Part shown: piece by piece, positions 1 to 13,600 of the stretch
Layout of the letters: every line of letters begins with the position of its first letter
How positions within the stretch are numbered: position 1 is the stretch's first letter
From: Dipteris shenzhenensis
Taxonomy: Eukaryota
Direction: 5' to 3' (one strand)
DNA: 64,000 bases
Assembly (NCBI GenBank): GCA_047967505.1
Contig: CM106538.1
The notes under the pieces: model-generated
The model's input: only the letters and a program-made list of their open reading frames with translations
What the model was told of the DNA's origin: nothing
The model's database searches: none
Translations under genes and position numbers: made by a program

Positions 1-570
1 ATTTTTGTCATGATACCAAAGGTCGTGGGATAAGTGGCTTGCACTAACTGAATTTTTGCCACAACATCACTGAGCATCTCTCTATTGGAATGAGCCCATT
101 TGAGGGAATGCATGGGTGCGAGGTGGGGAACGCTTTCATTGGTTGGAGACGTGGTTGTGAAAAATCGGCAAGCACGAGATGACTTGCAGAGGATGAAGGC
201 CCTTCTAAAGAATATGCAAGATGCCCAAGCTTTCAAGTAAGGGGGTTATGTGCATTTACGTCTCCACAAAAATTGTTCTGCTTCACTGAAGGGGTAATAC
301 TAACACAAAGCTTGCTCAACGGTATTATGGCCCTTACAAGATCATCCACAAGATTGGGGAAGTAACATATCAATTGGAGCTACCGCGCATCTCCCAAATC
401 CACAATGTGTTTCATGTGCCTTTGCAAAAACCACATTTGGGTCAGCATGTACACATTCTTCTAGAGTTGCCACCTATGGATGAGCGCATTGTAGGTCTCA
501 TAGATAGAGTACTTCACAACAAGGCGGCTAGAAAGCATTGTCCAAGAGCACCCCTATCTTTAGGCTGATC
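1..570 (+). mobile_element. Degenerate Ty3/gypsy integrase C-terminal remnant
   Basis: Translates, with stops and frameshifts, to KLAQRYYGPYKIIHKIGEVTYQLELPRISQIHNVFHV, the GPY/F integrase C-terminal motif. Confidence 0.85.
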
Positions 571-664
571 AGCATCAATTTGCTGTCTCAACACCCTTGT
601 GTGACAGCCACTCATGTATTCACTTTTGATGTGACCTTATCCCACTCTCCTCTCCTACATTCCT

Positions 665-666
<2 letters not shown>

Positions 667-716
<50 letters not shown>

Positions 717-720
717 TCTC
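667..720. repeat. (TC)n microsatellite
   Basis: Directly visible. Confidence 0.95.
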
Positions 721-1341
721 CGGCGTACGCTCAGCCCCCTCTCTGTTGGCCTCTCCATCATATGCTCAGTCCCTCTCCATCATACGCTTAGCCTCTCTAT
801 CGTACCCTCGGCCCCCTCTCCATTAGCCTCTCCACTCAACCTCGCGTTAGCGTTAGCCTCTCCAATTAGCCTTCGCTCAGCGTCACTAGCATACGCTCAA
901 CCTTTCCGTTAGCTTTGCTCAGGCCCTCTCCATTAGTCTCTCCACTCAACCGCTTGGCCACCTCTCGTAGGGAGTAAACCCTAAGACACCCCAGCTTGCG
1001 CTGAACCCTTGACCCAGGTTGGGGGTCAGTCTTAGCAAAGGGGCTCCCAACACAAGCCACCAGATGAAGTTCCTAAAACTATTTACTACGACCCCAGCCA
1101 GCAAGAGCCCTCCTATGCTTCCATGTATTCTCTACAGCAAGAACTCAGAGATGCAAACCTTCGCATTGCCTCTCTGGAGAAGACGGTTTTGGAAATGAAG
1201 AATAAGGGCAAAGAGGAAATAATTCAAGAAGTTCTACAGCAATGTAATGCAGCAGCCCCCGCACCACAGCTTGTGACCAAGGTACCGGAATTGGTTACCA
1301 CCCAGCTCAAGTCTACCCCCAAGCTTGTCAACCAGGTGCAT

Positions 1342-1476
1342 GCGTTGACCTGTAATAGCGCCATACCTGGCCTACTCAAGGCAGGCAGAGGCGACGTGGC
1401 ACTCTCCATGTTCACTCGAATGATGAAGAAGAGGCGCCTCCAAAGGAGCTAAAGTGGGCTGCATCCAAACTATGTT
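1342..1476 (+). pseudogene. Isolated PPR-like motif fragment
   Basis: ALTCNSAIPGLLKAGRGDVALSMFTRMMKK followed after a stop by SGLHPNYV resembles one PPR repeat; no neighbouring repeats. Confidence 0.4.
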
Positions 1477-1679
1477 GCACAATATTGAATGTTGATCCCT
1501 GGCCTCCCTGCTGCTCTGAATGCAGCCAATACTGAGGTACTGGATGGATACAAAGACTCCAGCAATAGGCCTTCAGATAGGGCTAAAGCCCTTCTAGGTT
1601 TAGCAGATGCCCAACCCAGTCAGCCTTACTGCCTTAATCTGCCATGTGGGAGGCCCGTTCTGGCCCGCCTACTGTAGTA

Positions 1680-2700
1680 CTGCCTATTAAGCAACTAACA
1701 ATCCCCAATTTCTGAGGCAATCTATACAGCTTACAGGCCAGCCAAAAGGCCAGCCACCTCAGCCAAATAAGTGGCCAGAAAGCTCACCTGGTCTGGCCGA
1801 CCAACTGGCAAGCCCACCGACCAGCTGGCCGACCAACTAGGTCTGGCCTATAAAGGCACAAGCCCCTACACTCCTCTTGACAGGACAGGACCTGCAGCTG
1901 CTCCTCTTCTCCTCCATGCTTTGCTGCAGCCCCGCCTGCTCCACTTCTACCTCTCCTCTTCAGATCTGCTCCTCTCTGCCTCCTGGCTGCTGCCTTCTCT
2001 CTGCCTCTCCTTCCTGCCTCCTGGCTGCTCCATCTTCTCCTCCAGATCTGCCCCAACTTCTGCTCCTCTGCTCCAGATCTGCTCCTCTGCTTCAGCTCTG
2101 TCTCTTCTGCTCCTCTGCTCCAGATCTGTCCCCTCCTGCTCCAGATCTGCTCCTTATCTTCATCATCATCGAGCCACACGGAGGACTGCGTTACACTCCC
2201 TCTGCTGCTATCTTTTCTACAGTTTCTCTACATGGAATCATCTTTCTGATTCACCTCAGCCACGGTCCTTGAGACACGACAGCTTGAGGTTCTTGTATTC
2301 AGTTTTTCATATTACCGACAGGCACTATGTTTTCTGAGTTCCGTTCTTCAGTTGTGTCTGAGTATTGTCTACTTTTTGATCGCTCCACTGTAAACCCTAT
2401 CGTTTCTCTATACTGCCGACCTGCCTTTGCAGACTGCTCCTGTGTGGACCAACTCCTGCTGCAGACTGCCGACAGGCCATGCGTTCTGCCGACCTACTAC
2501 CGAGCCTGCAAATGACCCTTTGGCAGCCCTTGTTGGCTGCCTCTTCTGTTAGCTCTGCTGCCCATCTTGTGGGCCTTTCTGCCTTGTGCAGACAATAAGG
2601 TTGCCAAGACAATGGGCTTCTGTTGTGGCTGCCACATGGGCAGCGATATAGGCTGTCACATAGGAAACACCTAGAGGCCACAAGTTTCCTCCAAACTAGG
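1680..2700 (+). mobile_element. LTR-like segment, boundaries approximate
   Basis: GGCCGACC motifs, TATAAAGG at about 1848 and a CT-rich repetitive leader, loosely similar to 32500-33290 and 59680-60726, which are followed by a PBS. Confidence 0.35.
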
Positions 2701-3289
2701 AGAGGACTCCATGTGTGGCGAGCCTGAGAAAAAACGCTCAGATGTGCAACTTCCGAATGCCCAAGAACTCTTTGCTGAACTTACATTGGGACCATGAACA
2801 TGGCAGGAATGAGACTCCAAGGAATATAGAGCATACAATGGCTGCATGTAAGTGGCCACATGAAATTGTAGCGTAACCGTGCTTCATCCATGAGTTTTCT
2901 GCGTCTCTTACTTTAAGCTTCGACTTTATGTCCATTCCATATTATTGATCCTTGGAGCATTTTACAAATGCATGGGCCGTCGTCCCTAAAGGCTCAGAGC
3001 AAAAATCGATCAATGATGGGAATCACTACCGGCAAACTCCGATTGCCAATTGGCAATAAGTAGTATCCAAGTGCTTCAAAAACACGAAAACAAGGGCCCC
3101 GGACGAAGATCAGAGCACGTTCCTCATTGTAGTTCTGGCACGATCACAGCATCAAGGCCGCGTAGAAACTTGTCACAAATGAATCTATACACGAGAAGGA
3201 TCTAAAATAGTTACCCAAATGCGCGAAAATCAGCAATGTGACCGTGTCACGAGAGAGAAAATAAAAACAGAACCATGCAAGACACTCAC

Positions 3290-3488
3290 CAGATTTGAGG
3301 GGTTTCCCATCTTCCCACATGGCGACCTTGTAGTAGACCTGTTCACGAGAGGCGACCTGAGATTTGTGAGGCTCCTTGAGACATTTACGGACCATGGAAG
3401 CGCAGGTGTTGACGTAGGTGATGTAAGTCATGCCCGCGGCTCGCCAGAAGGAAGCCGCTCCCTGAGTTGCTCCCACAGCTGCAGACAT
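3290..3488 (-). CDS. ATP5E: Mitochondrial F1-ATP synthase subunit epsilon, main coding exon
   Basis: MSAAVGATQGAASFWRAAGMTYITYVNTCASMVRKCLKEPHK...WEDGKP contains the family signature FWRAAGMTY..Y.N.CA..VR.CLKEP; ATG at 3488, donor G|GTGAGT at 3290/3289. Last exon uncertain (candidate 3124-3134 giving ELQ*). Confidence 0.92.
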
Positions 3489-3789
3489 CCTGTCCAAAAC
3501 CCTAGAATGTTTCGCTTTGCCTGCACAGTTGAGTTGTAGGGGACTCAATGCAACTTAAACAGTGTTTACAGACTATGCTGGGTTCACAACCTGACTTGCA
3601 AGAGGGGCATCTTGAATGAACCCATTGGTTCCCATTGGTTGCCTCTTCAAGCCCCCCCTTGGCGGCCCCGCCCCCTACCGCCCAAGGGCTGGTCACCCTC
3701 AACTGCACCCATCGGAAGCTTTGGTCGGCGCATTGACAGCCAATAAGCCATATTGCATCATGAGCCTAGTTCGGTTACACCGTGGCGGA

Positions 3790-3929
3790 CTCGTCCGGCA
3801 CTTATGCTTGGCTGTCGGTTGGTGTGAACTAGGCCTATGTCCGCCCATGGTGCATTCATCCTCGTCCGGCACTTATCCTTGGCCGCCGGTTGGTGTGAAC
3901 CAGGCCTATGTCCGCCCATGGTGCATTCA
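3790..3929. repeat. Tandem duplication, 71-bp period, two copies
   Basis: ctcgtccggcactta...ggtgcattca starts at 3790 and 3861. Confidence 0.9.
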
Positions 3930-5149
3930 AGCAGCTCACACACTAACTGCCCATCCGTGGTGGATAGGCAGGGCGTAGATGTACATGTCTATGACGTGGC
4001 ATCATAAATTGGAGGCGCAAAAGGGCGACGACCCCAAGAGCTTGGACAGCCTCCCCGGATTTCATGTTGAATGTGGGATTTAATCCTTGACCGACCAATC
4101 GAATGGTTGAGTGCTCCAACCACATGGGCCAAGTCACATTTTACTTCTCCTTTTAGTTATTTTCATGTGTCCAGCCAGTGTGTAAACACATTGTGCCCAT
4201 CCCTTCTCTGGCATGGACGGGCACTTAGGCTACTGTGGGCATGCCCAAGGATCATGTATGGGCAAGAAAATCTATAAACACCCTAGGGAGGCCTCGGCTT
4301 TTGAGAAATTTATGGTTTGCACGTGCCACAACATTAATACGTAGAGGATCCTAACCAATTCATTAGGGCGGGTCTCACAAGCATCCTCATAGCTTGTTCC
4401 CCACTGTAAAAGCTAGGCGGCTCATTTATGAATGGATGCGTGGGTTGCTTCCACAAAAGTCCGCCCAACAACAGCAACCCCACTCTAGAAGAAAAAGCAA
4501 TCGTCTACCTAGGAGCATGGCAAAATACCTGTTGAAGCTCCTACCAAGAAGAAAGGGTGGAGCTGCCACCATGGCTGTGACTGCAGGAGGGAAGAAGAAG
4601 ATTTCATAAGGTGACAATTGGGGAGCCAGGAGATGGGCGAGATGAAGAGGCAGCCTAGAAATGAGGGATTCCCCTCCGTGACTAGGCATGCCAAAAAAGA
4701 AAAACAGGAGTGCCCATCTGCCCATTCATGAAAGGGTTGCATCAGTAGGGGGCTTTTCCATTGGTGGGGCAAGCATCTTGGACTTGGCATCCAAATGATT
4801 GTGAAGCCCCCTTTCATTATCTGGTCGCGACTTAGCATGTGCACATAGAAATGGACTTCGAAAAAAATGTAGTATATGACAAAGGTGTTAGAATGCTTTG
4901 GGGCCAAGTTTATTAACATGGTTAGAACTATGGTGGGGGGGAATGGCGAGATGGTGGTTTACCAATTTGAGCTCAAGAGGTCCATCAGGCACCATTATTG
5001 TATGGTCTAGTTACTATTCTATTGAGTACTGTAGTAACGGAGTTGCAAACAAAAGGAAGTTCGAGGGTTTAGATTCAATGGGTAGGGAGCATCTCGTTTT
5101 GTAATTATGTAATGTAAAGATGACATGAATGCATTGTAGTCCCTAAGCT

Positions 5150-6170
5150 TTGATGAAGGTCATTAGTTCGCTTTATATGACCTCAAGCTCAAAGTGCAAT
5201 TTGCCTAAGTCCCATGTTTTATCACTATCAACAATTTGGGGAGGGTGGGCCTTGTTGACAAGTATGCATTGTCTTGGATTGCTCCAGAGGTTATAGTGAG
5301 GCACCTTGAGTTACCTGTCAATATCCATGAAGAGGTGTGGGTGTGGAGAGGAAGCTCTTAGTGTGGACTTGCTTCTTGAGACTATTCATTAAAAGGGTAA
5401 CTAGGGAAAAGACAAACATTTGTGATATTTGGAATGGCATGAGAAAGTGATGTTCCATTTCTTAATGAATAATATTGCTAGTATGGTTAATCAAGGCATT
5501 GAAAAAGCTAGTGCCCATATTGGGGTGGTCAAGTCTACATGGTGATGCTTGTTTACTGAACACATGGCAGTCTCGGATGAAGGAGAGGAGATATTTGGCT
5601 CATTACTCGACAACAAATTTATGAATGGGAATAACAAAAGGCGAAAGCGCTAGTCATAGGTAGGAGGACGATAGATTGGAAAGCTTTCAAAATTGAGATG
5701 CAAGTCGAAGGAGGTGAAAATGGTGAGAGAGGATTGGCATACAAATATGATGAACAATGCTGAATGTCAGTCTAAGCAGTGGATATGAGTGGTAGGATGT
5801 CATTTTGCAAATGATTGGTGGCAATGGTTCCGTAAACTATTGGTGTTTGGAGTGGAGATGATTGGAAAATTGATTGTTTAATGGGGAACCTAATTTACTC
5901 GAAGGATGTTGGCGGAAAGGTTGGAGAAGCTGTGGCGATTGATCAGAGCTTCAAAAGCTAAGGATTTTTATGTGAAGTCGATGGGGAATTGGCTACATCT
6001 CATAAACAAGGTGACATGGTTCAAGATTTGTTATACAAGGTGTGCACTCTATAAGGGGGAAAAGGGGAGTACTATCCATTTGTTTTGGATTTACCCAGTT
6101 GCTAATGTAGTATGGAAACATGGTCCAAAAGGGTCAAGATCACAAAAAAAGGAGGCTATGTTACTAACAT
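5150..6170 (+). mobile_element. Decayed LINE ORF2 3' remnant
   Basis: zf-RVT-like CALYKGEKGSTIHLFWIYPVANVVWK; many stops; boundaries approximate. Confidence 0.6.
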
Positions 6171-7930
6171 GATAGCTACCCATGGTCCTCGATGAGAATT
6201 TAGCCTTGGGACAACAGAAGCAGCCCCATCTTTTCTTGGTTTGGAGGATCTACATTTACCCTTATTCTGGAGGAGGTCTCATGAAGAAGATCCTATTATG
6301 GGGAGGAGAAGTCTCATGAAGGAGGTGGACTTGCTCAAGCTAGATGAAATATCCGTGTATCAATAATCTCCTCTCATATAATTGCAGCCAGATAATTGCA
6401 GCCAGCTTGCACAACTCATCAATTCACAAAGTTAGCAAGGCAAAGTTCCAGCACCAATGATGCATAAATATATGCACTAAATTAGAACAAACGATAGGGG
6501 TGACCACATTATCATGCCAACTAACATAATGGGAATCTTGAATTCCATGTAAGGTGGACTTTGAGCTTGTCCTACTTGCAATGTTGTAGTCACAGTGACA
6601 ATTTGTCATTGCATTTACAGGTGAGCTACTATTGGAATTTTTTCACTCATCCTAAGGGTGTGCACATTCCCCCTTAGCCTCTGCATCTCCTGTATGGCTG
6701 ATAGCAAGACCATAAACAGGCTCCTCTAGCTTTGGTACTCGCTCTTTGATCTCTTTACAAGCCCCACTCTCTCTTGGAATGCTTGGGATTGCTTCCTTTA
6801 GTGTTCAAAGGTAATGGAAAGATGTAGGCTCTTGTATAAAAATGACCAATATAGAATCCATCCCACAACTCCATCCTCCTCCTAGCTTGAATCAAAATTT
6901 TGTCCAGCTCTCATTGTTTCTCATGGAAAAAGCACTTGTCTCTGACTCACCTTATCCTTTTGGTTGTCTAGAAAACCCTTGACACATTTTGAACACCCGA
7001 GGGGTTCACAATGAATGTCATATGGTATTATGTGAGTGAAAGGGAGGGGGGCTTTGGGAAGGAGGAGCTTAAGCGGTACAGTAGGGGCAGCCCCTATTTA
7101 TATTCTCTACCAAACTTAAACTTAAGAAGGGGGTGGGGAGCACCTAAGGTGTGGCAAGATAGCAACCATGGTGGTAGAAAGCCTAACGGGCAACATGGTG
7201 GCACCTCTAAGGTTGAGGGTGGGGTGACTGAGGAAATGGACCCATTAATGGAATTTGTTAGTGGAGAAGAATGGGTTAGTAGGGGCTTTTTAAATTATCC
7301 CCACACACATGAGCCTATATTTAGTCCTTTAAATAATTAGTTTCATCCTTTGCCCTTCTGGTTACACATGGCGATTGATTTCTATTATTGTCAACCAATG
7401 GGTGCCCATGATGAGTTTTAATAAGTTCTTTAGTTGGTTGGTTTCATCCATTGCTCTTTTGGTTAATACATGATGATTGATGTTCACTATACTAAGTTCC
7501 TGCATTGAGTTACCTTGCCAATTGGGGAACATGCTATTTATTCTAGACCCTAAATTCTATAAGTCTTACATGTACATCATATAATTTTAAATAAGGGGAT
7601 CATATTAGTCTCATAAGGTTTGTAAAAAGGGGGTCTTTGCACATAGTGATGTGTCCCCTTTACATTGAGTGACCCCCCTACGTTTGGACACATGTTTCTA
7701 CTTCTTTTTCTCTCCTCCTAGGTCTAGACTTCAAGTGCCCTAACATGGGACTTTGTGTTCATAACCTATTCTTGTGCTACCCTCCTCTTTGTTAATTTTT
7801 ATACCCATCTAGTGCAGACACTCTTAGATTACAACCTTCTTTTCTCATTTCCCCCTGCTCAATGCCTTTTCTATCCTATCCTTTAGGCATCTTATTTACT
7901 ACTCGATTTGAGCATGGTGCTAAGCAATGC

Positions 7931-7932
<2 letters not shown>

Positions 7933-8001
<69 letters not shown>
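7933..8001. repeat. (CT)n microsatellite; counterparts at 14540-14590 and 14717-14756
   Basis: Directly visible. Confidence 0.95.
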
Positions 8002-8004
<3 letters not shown>

Positions 8005-8399
8005 CCAATTCCTTCTCACGTCACAATCCTCTCCTTCTTCTTGCTCCAACTCTTGCTTTGTGGAGTGCTCTCTAAGGTCCTAGTCATCATCAAAAATTTC
8101 ACTTCTTGGTCCATCTTATTGCCCTTCATCCTGGTGTGCGCGGCAATATGGAATTTGTAGGGTGTTCACTCCTCAACAAATGAGGCAAATCAATGAATAC
8201 AACATGGTGGGGCAAGGGGAAATGCACAACTTAGAAAGTGAATGATGACCAGAGAGAAATAGAGACATGCACATGAATGTGAAATCGCCTTCTTCTATCA
8301 TTTAGCCAAAATCGGCAATCACATACAACTAGTGTAGAGGCCGCACTTCACATACCGTTTGGCTTTGCTAGGAAGGATGACCCTAACTTCTAGGACTCT

Positions 8400-9262
8400 A
8401 GGACTTGATATGCATGACCTTTTCTGACATTCGCGATGGGTACTATTGATCGCATTTACAACTGTTCGCACTCTCCCGTCAGGGATCCTGTATTCATCAA
8501 TGTTTATCTCTTCCTCAAGTTTAGATCATTGATGTTCAAAGCCATCATCATCTATCTCATCTTTGGGTCCAGATTTTGCATGTCATAGCCATTGTCATCT
8601 AACTCTTTCTTAGAGTTTGGCCCCTCTAATGCTGTAATAGGCTCAACTGAGTTTAATAGCTAGGATCCTTTGCCACCTTCCTTGTCACATAACACCATCT
8701 ATGGGGGATTGGGCTTACAATGTTGATAGGCAAGTAAGATCTGCTTCCCATGCTACCATGGCCTTTTCTCAATTGCTCTTCGATCAACACCTTGATTCGC
8801 TCACTTTGTTAGGTTTGCTATTTGGTCAAAGCATTTGCATTTGGCCTTAGTTGATCCTTGGGATGTACATTATAGCTCAACATTTTCCCAACACTTATTC
8901 AAGCCACCTCCTTGTGTCTTTGCGTTAAACCAAGAGCTTGTCGGTGTTTCTCAAAAAGCTCTTTACTGAGTGGTTTGGTAAAGTTGTCTACTACATTTTC
9001 TTTGCTATCACAATGTTGCAGTGTGATGTCACCAAGTGATACTCTTTCTCTAATGAAGTACTCTCTGACATTAATGTGACCTTCCTTACATCAGTTTAAG
9101 ACTAAGAGACTTTGGGCTTAGATTTGAAGTCTCGAATCAATGCTTGTCCTTCATGGAGACTGCCCATATTCCTGCTTTCTTGGCTTCTTTCTCTTTAGTA
9201 AGTTCAATGGATCTTTGGTTCAGTTGAGTAGGAGTGAGTTCTTCAAATATCCATATCTTGGA
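8400..9262 (-). mobile_element. Decayed LINE remnant (ORF1 C-terminus and probable endonuclease); duplicated at about 15080-15956
   Basis: KIWIFEELTPTQLNQRSIELTKEKEAKKAGIWAV resembles the LINE ORF1-type peptide at 20640 ([11 protein letters not shown]...ARQEGKWAA). Confidence 0.45.
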
Positions 9263-9499
9263 CTATGAGGGGCCGCGACGAAATGTGCCCCTACCTGGCT
9301 ATTTGACGGGCGACCACAACCCATACAATGAGCTATGGCAACGAAGGCACAGGCAGGGAAGAGGATCACGGGATAGCATGCCCCCACCTTGGGGCACATT
9401 GGACTTCGTGTTGCCGTACGTCGGCCTAAGCCATGGCAGGGAAGAGGAACGGAGGAGGCGATGGGGGGGTGTGGTGAAACTCATAGGTAGAGGCAGCTC

Positions 9500-10620
9500 T
9501 CCGATTTGATCAGCCTTCAAACACACTATTCAGGTATGTCGATTGCACAAAGCATTATATGGTTTGAAGCAAGCACCCAGAGCATGGTATCCCAAAATTC
9601 ATGCACGTCTAATCATCCTTGGTTTTCAGAACATCCCTAGAGAGAGCACTCTATATGTGATGTTGACTTGTTAATTCTGATTTTATGTGTGATGGTATGC
9701 TTGACTGGACCTTGCACTCAGCATCTTGTAGCCTTTAAGGATGATTTGTAGGAGTCATTTGGTCTAACAGATTTGGGCAGCTGCACTATTGTCTTAGCAT
9801 TTAACTTGCTCAAGTTGAGGGGGTATTATGATGAGTCACTCCAAGTAAGTTGGATAGCTCTTGCAAAGATTTCAATATGAGGACTGCAAACCAATTTCTA
9901 CACAAGTTGAGCCTAGTTTTCATTTCTCCATGGATGATGTTGTTGGGCCACTTGATGCCACTCTTTATCCACATGCTAGTGGATTGCTCATATATTTGTA
10001 TCACACATGGCCAAATCTTCAATATGATGTTTCCCAATTGAGTAGATTCATGCATAGTCCCAGTACACACATTGCCAAGATGTGATGCATGTCTTTAGAT
10101 ACTTGAAAGGCGCTTAAGGTTTGGCCTCCTCTATGGCCACGATTCTTCACTTACCATGCATGCTTTCATAGGCAGTGACACTGGGCTAGATGCTCGGACA
10201 CTAAAGTGTCGCACAACACAATAATTTTATGTTTGGAGCATCATGCATTTCTTGGTCAGCAAAAAGCAACCTACATTTGCTACTTCTAGGTGTGAAGCTG
10301 AGTACAAGGTAGCTTTTAAAACCACGATGGAATGTATCTGACTATTACGGGAACTACTTGCAGATCTTGATGTTGGCCAGACATCTCCTACCACTATCTA
10401 CTGTGACAATCAAAGTGCTTTAGCCATTACACGAATCTGGTGTTTCAGATGCGTACTCAACAAATTGAGGTCCATTATCAATATGTCAAAGAGAGCAAGG
10501 GATATTCAGGGGATGTTCATTTAAGTTCCTACAAAAGACAATGTGGCAGATATCTTCGCCAAGGTGCTTCCATGATCCAAGTTTGAAGCTTGTCGACAAG
10601 CTTCACACTTGATTCCATTT
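9500..10620 (+). mobile_element. Ty1/copia RT-RNase H remnant (copy 1)
   Basis: [61 protein letters not shown]; stops and frameshifts. Confidence 0.92.
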
Positions 10621-13600
10621 GTTTCATGATTCTGCCAACCTTGTACCTCCATAGGTTACTATATCATCTTAGATCAACATGTGCAACCATGGCATTAGTT
10701 CCATGTTTTGAGACAGCATGTGACATTGTCATACTGCCTGAGTGGTTTGAATAACAGTTTTCAAATTATTCTCAAACATCACCTTTGAGTCCTACACTCT
10801 AACATGGGGAGTGGCTCTTTGGGACCTAGGGTTTGGTGCCTTTGCTGTAAATGAGTTAAGAATCAAGTGACCATGCCTTCTTTATGCAACGACATACAAA
10901 TCTTAGTGGAGTTGTCCTTACTTCTCGTCTCGACTCAAGACTTCAAAGGGAACTCGACTTGGGAGGTGGTTTCTAGAATTACTTTATGGCAAATATGGTG
11001 TTCGAGATGTGCTTAGGTCATTAATGGACATGCAACTAGTGAGGCAGATATACTAGCTTCCGTTTGGGCTGACTTGCTTTTATATGCGGAGTTAGTGGAG
11101 AGATGCACTTGGACCTTTTGCAACAGGTCGAGAGATTGATAGCATGCATGAGGACCTAGGATTGTCCCTTGCTTTTTCACATTATGATGATGTGGCATTA
11201 TAGACCACTCCCATGGTTGTTTATATTCACATTGCAGAGGCCACAGATAGAGTTCTCACTCTCCCACCTCTATTATAATTCTTTTGTATGGAATAAATTA
11301 CATCTTGATATCAAAAAGCACAGCATAAAGAGCTTCAAAATACAAAGATCATTTATCAATAATGGAAAAAAGGAAAAGAGAACGTACAAACGTAGATAGT
11401 CAATATGCGAGCAAGTATGCAAGGCACATCCCGATTCAACTTCAATAAAGCCAAAACCAATTTTACCAAGAAGCGAATTAGCTAGATAGAAAGCACCAAA
11501 GATGATGCTTGGATAATGGCACCTGTAAGGCCAAAACTGAATATGGAAGTGTTGGAGCATAGCGTTTCTTCAACATTGGAGATGTACTACAAAGCGGCCA
11601 TCTAGGCATTACATTACAATTCCATGCAACTCAATAAGTTTGTAGAAAGCTTGCTTTTTGCTCTACTTGCGTTTGCTTAGCATATGCATCTGCTTTGTTT
11701 GGTTTACTCTTGTTTAATTTTTACTTTGTTGGTTTTGGTTCTGATTTTACACAAACAGCCTACTATGTAGTGACACATGTCTTCATGAGAAGCTAAGGAT
11801 ACGTTTGATTCCTGGAGGTTGCTTTGTGTAAAAGGTTGGCCTCAAATATTTTCTTTACAGACTTATTGAGCATCATTCGAAGAGAGATTTCAGATGTTTC
11901 TTGACATCTATTTAAAAACAGCCTTATAAGGAACCACAATAAACATTATTTTGTAGTGACACAAAGATATTACAAATGAATCTAGAAGATACGAAAGTTG
12001 GATAATTGTGCTCTCTGTAACTATGGACTATTCAGCAGGTACTTTTGCTGACATGCCTTTCATGTTAAACGAGACAGTAAGCTTTCTGCAAGAACATAGG
12101 GCAGAGTTTCTTTGAGATGTACTAGAGACATATCATGCTTTGGACAAAAGAATTTGCCAACTGTGGGAAGCAAACTTACGGAACATTCTAATGATTACAA
12201 AGATAATGTAATATTGAGTAAACAATCTTTGTAATCATCATAATGCTCCTCCTGCAAGTACGATATACACAGTATACTCATTATTTTCAGTTATACATTT
12301 GGCTCATTACTCGACAACAAATTTATGAATGGGAATAACAAAAGGCAAAAGCGCTAGTCATAGGTAGGAGGACGATAGATTGGAAAGCTTTCGAAAATTG
12401 AGATGCAAGTCGAAGGAGGTGAAAATGGTGAGAGAGGATTGGCCAACAAATATGATGAACAATGCTGAATGTCAGTCTAAGCAGTGGATATGAGTGGATG
12501 TCATTTTGCAAATGATTGGCGGCAGTGGTTCCGTAAACTATTGGTGTTTGGAGTGGAGATGATTGGAAAATTGATTGTTTAATGGGGAACCTAATTTACT
12601 CGAAGGATGTTGGCAGAAAGGTTGGAGAAGCTATGGCAATTGATCAGAGCTTCAAAAGCTAAGGATTTTTATGTGAAGTCGATGGGGAATTGGCTACATC
12701 TCATAAACAAGGTGACATGGTTCAAGATTTGTTATACAAGTTGTGCACTCTATAAGGGGGAAAAGGGGAGTACTATCCATTTGTTTTGGATACCCATGGT
12801 CCTCGATGAGAATTTAGCCTTGGGACAACAGAAGAAGCCCCATCTTTTCTTGGTTTGGAGGATCTACATTTACCCTTATTCTGGAGGAGGTCTCATGAAG
12901 AAGATCCTATTATGGGGAGGAGAAGTCTCATGAAGGAGGTGGACTTGCTCAAGCTAGATGAAATATCCGTGTATCAATAATCTCCTCTCATATAATTGCA
13001 GCCAGCTTGGACAACTCATCAATTCACAAAGTCAGCAAGGCAAAGTTCCAGCACCAATGATGCATAAATATATGCACTAAATTAGAACAAACGATAGGGG
13101 TGACCACATTATCATGCCAACTAACATAATGGGAATCTTGCATTCCATGTAAGGTGGACTTTGAGCTTGTCCTACTTGCAATGTTGTAGTCACAGTGACA
13201 ATTTGTCATTGCATTCACAGGTGAGCTACTATTGGAATTTTTTCACTCATCCTAAGGGTGTGCACATTCCCCCTTAGCTCTGCATCTCCTGTATGGCTGA
13301 TAGCAAGACCATAAATAGACTCCTCTAGCTTTGGTACTCGCTCTTTGATCTCTTTACAAGCCTCACTCTCTCCTTGAATGCTTGGGATTGCTTCCTTTGG
13401 TGTTCAAAGGTAATGGAAAGATGTAGGCTCTTGTATAAAAATTACCAATATAGAATCCATCCCACAACTCCATCCTCCTCCTAGCTTGAATTAAAATTTT
13501 GTCTAGCTCTCATTGTTTCTCATGGAAAAAGCACTTGTCTCTGACTCACCTTATCCTTTTGGTTGTCTAGAAAACCCTCGACACATTTTGAACACCCGAG

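Larger units (their letters stand above)
5593..12230 (+). repeat. Large tandem duplication, copy 1 (~6.6 kb)
   Basis: atttggctcattactcgac...gagtaaacaatcttt is collinear with 12297-19247; ORF track shows near-identical ORF pairs (e.g. 7011/13610, 9234/15928). Confidence 0.97.

Noticed and set aside
977-985. AAACCCTAA telomere-like or telo-box motifs (also about 31555 and 60615)
   Set aside because: Single motifs inside repeat sequence, not arrays
1771-2337. 188-aa and overlapping Leu/Ser/Pro-rich ORFs
   Set aside because: Low-complexity CT-rich repeats open in several frames; no domain
3790-3929. Short repeated units as a CRISPR-like array (also 53347, 57831)
   Set aside because: Only two adjacent units, no unique spacers, eukaryotic context
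7862-8160. SLSLSL/ERERER ORFs (also 14469, 14527, 25856, 29084)
   Set aside because: Translations of (CT)n microsatellites
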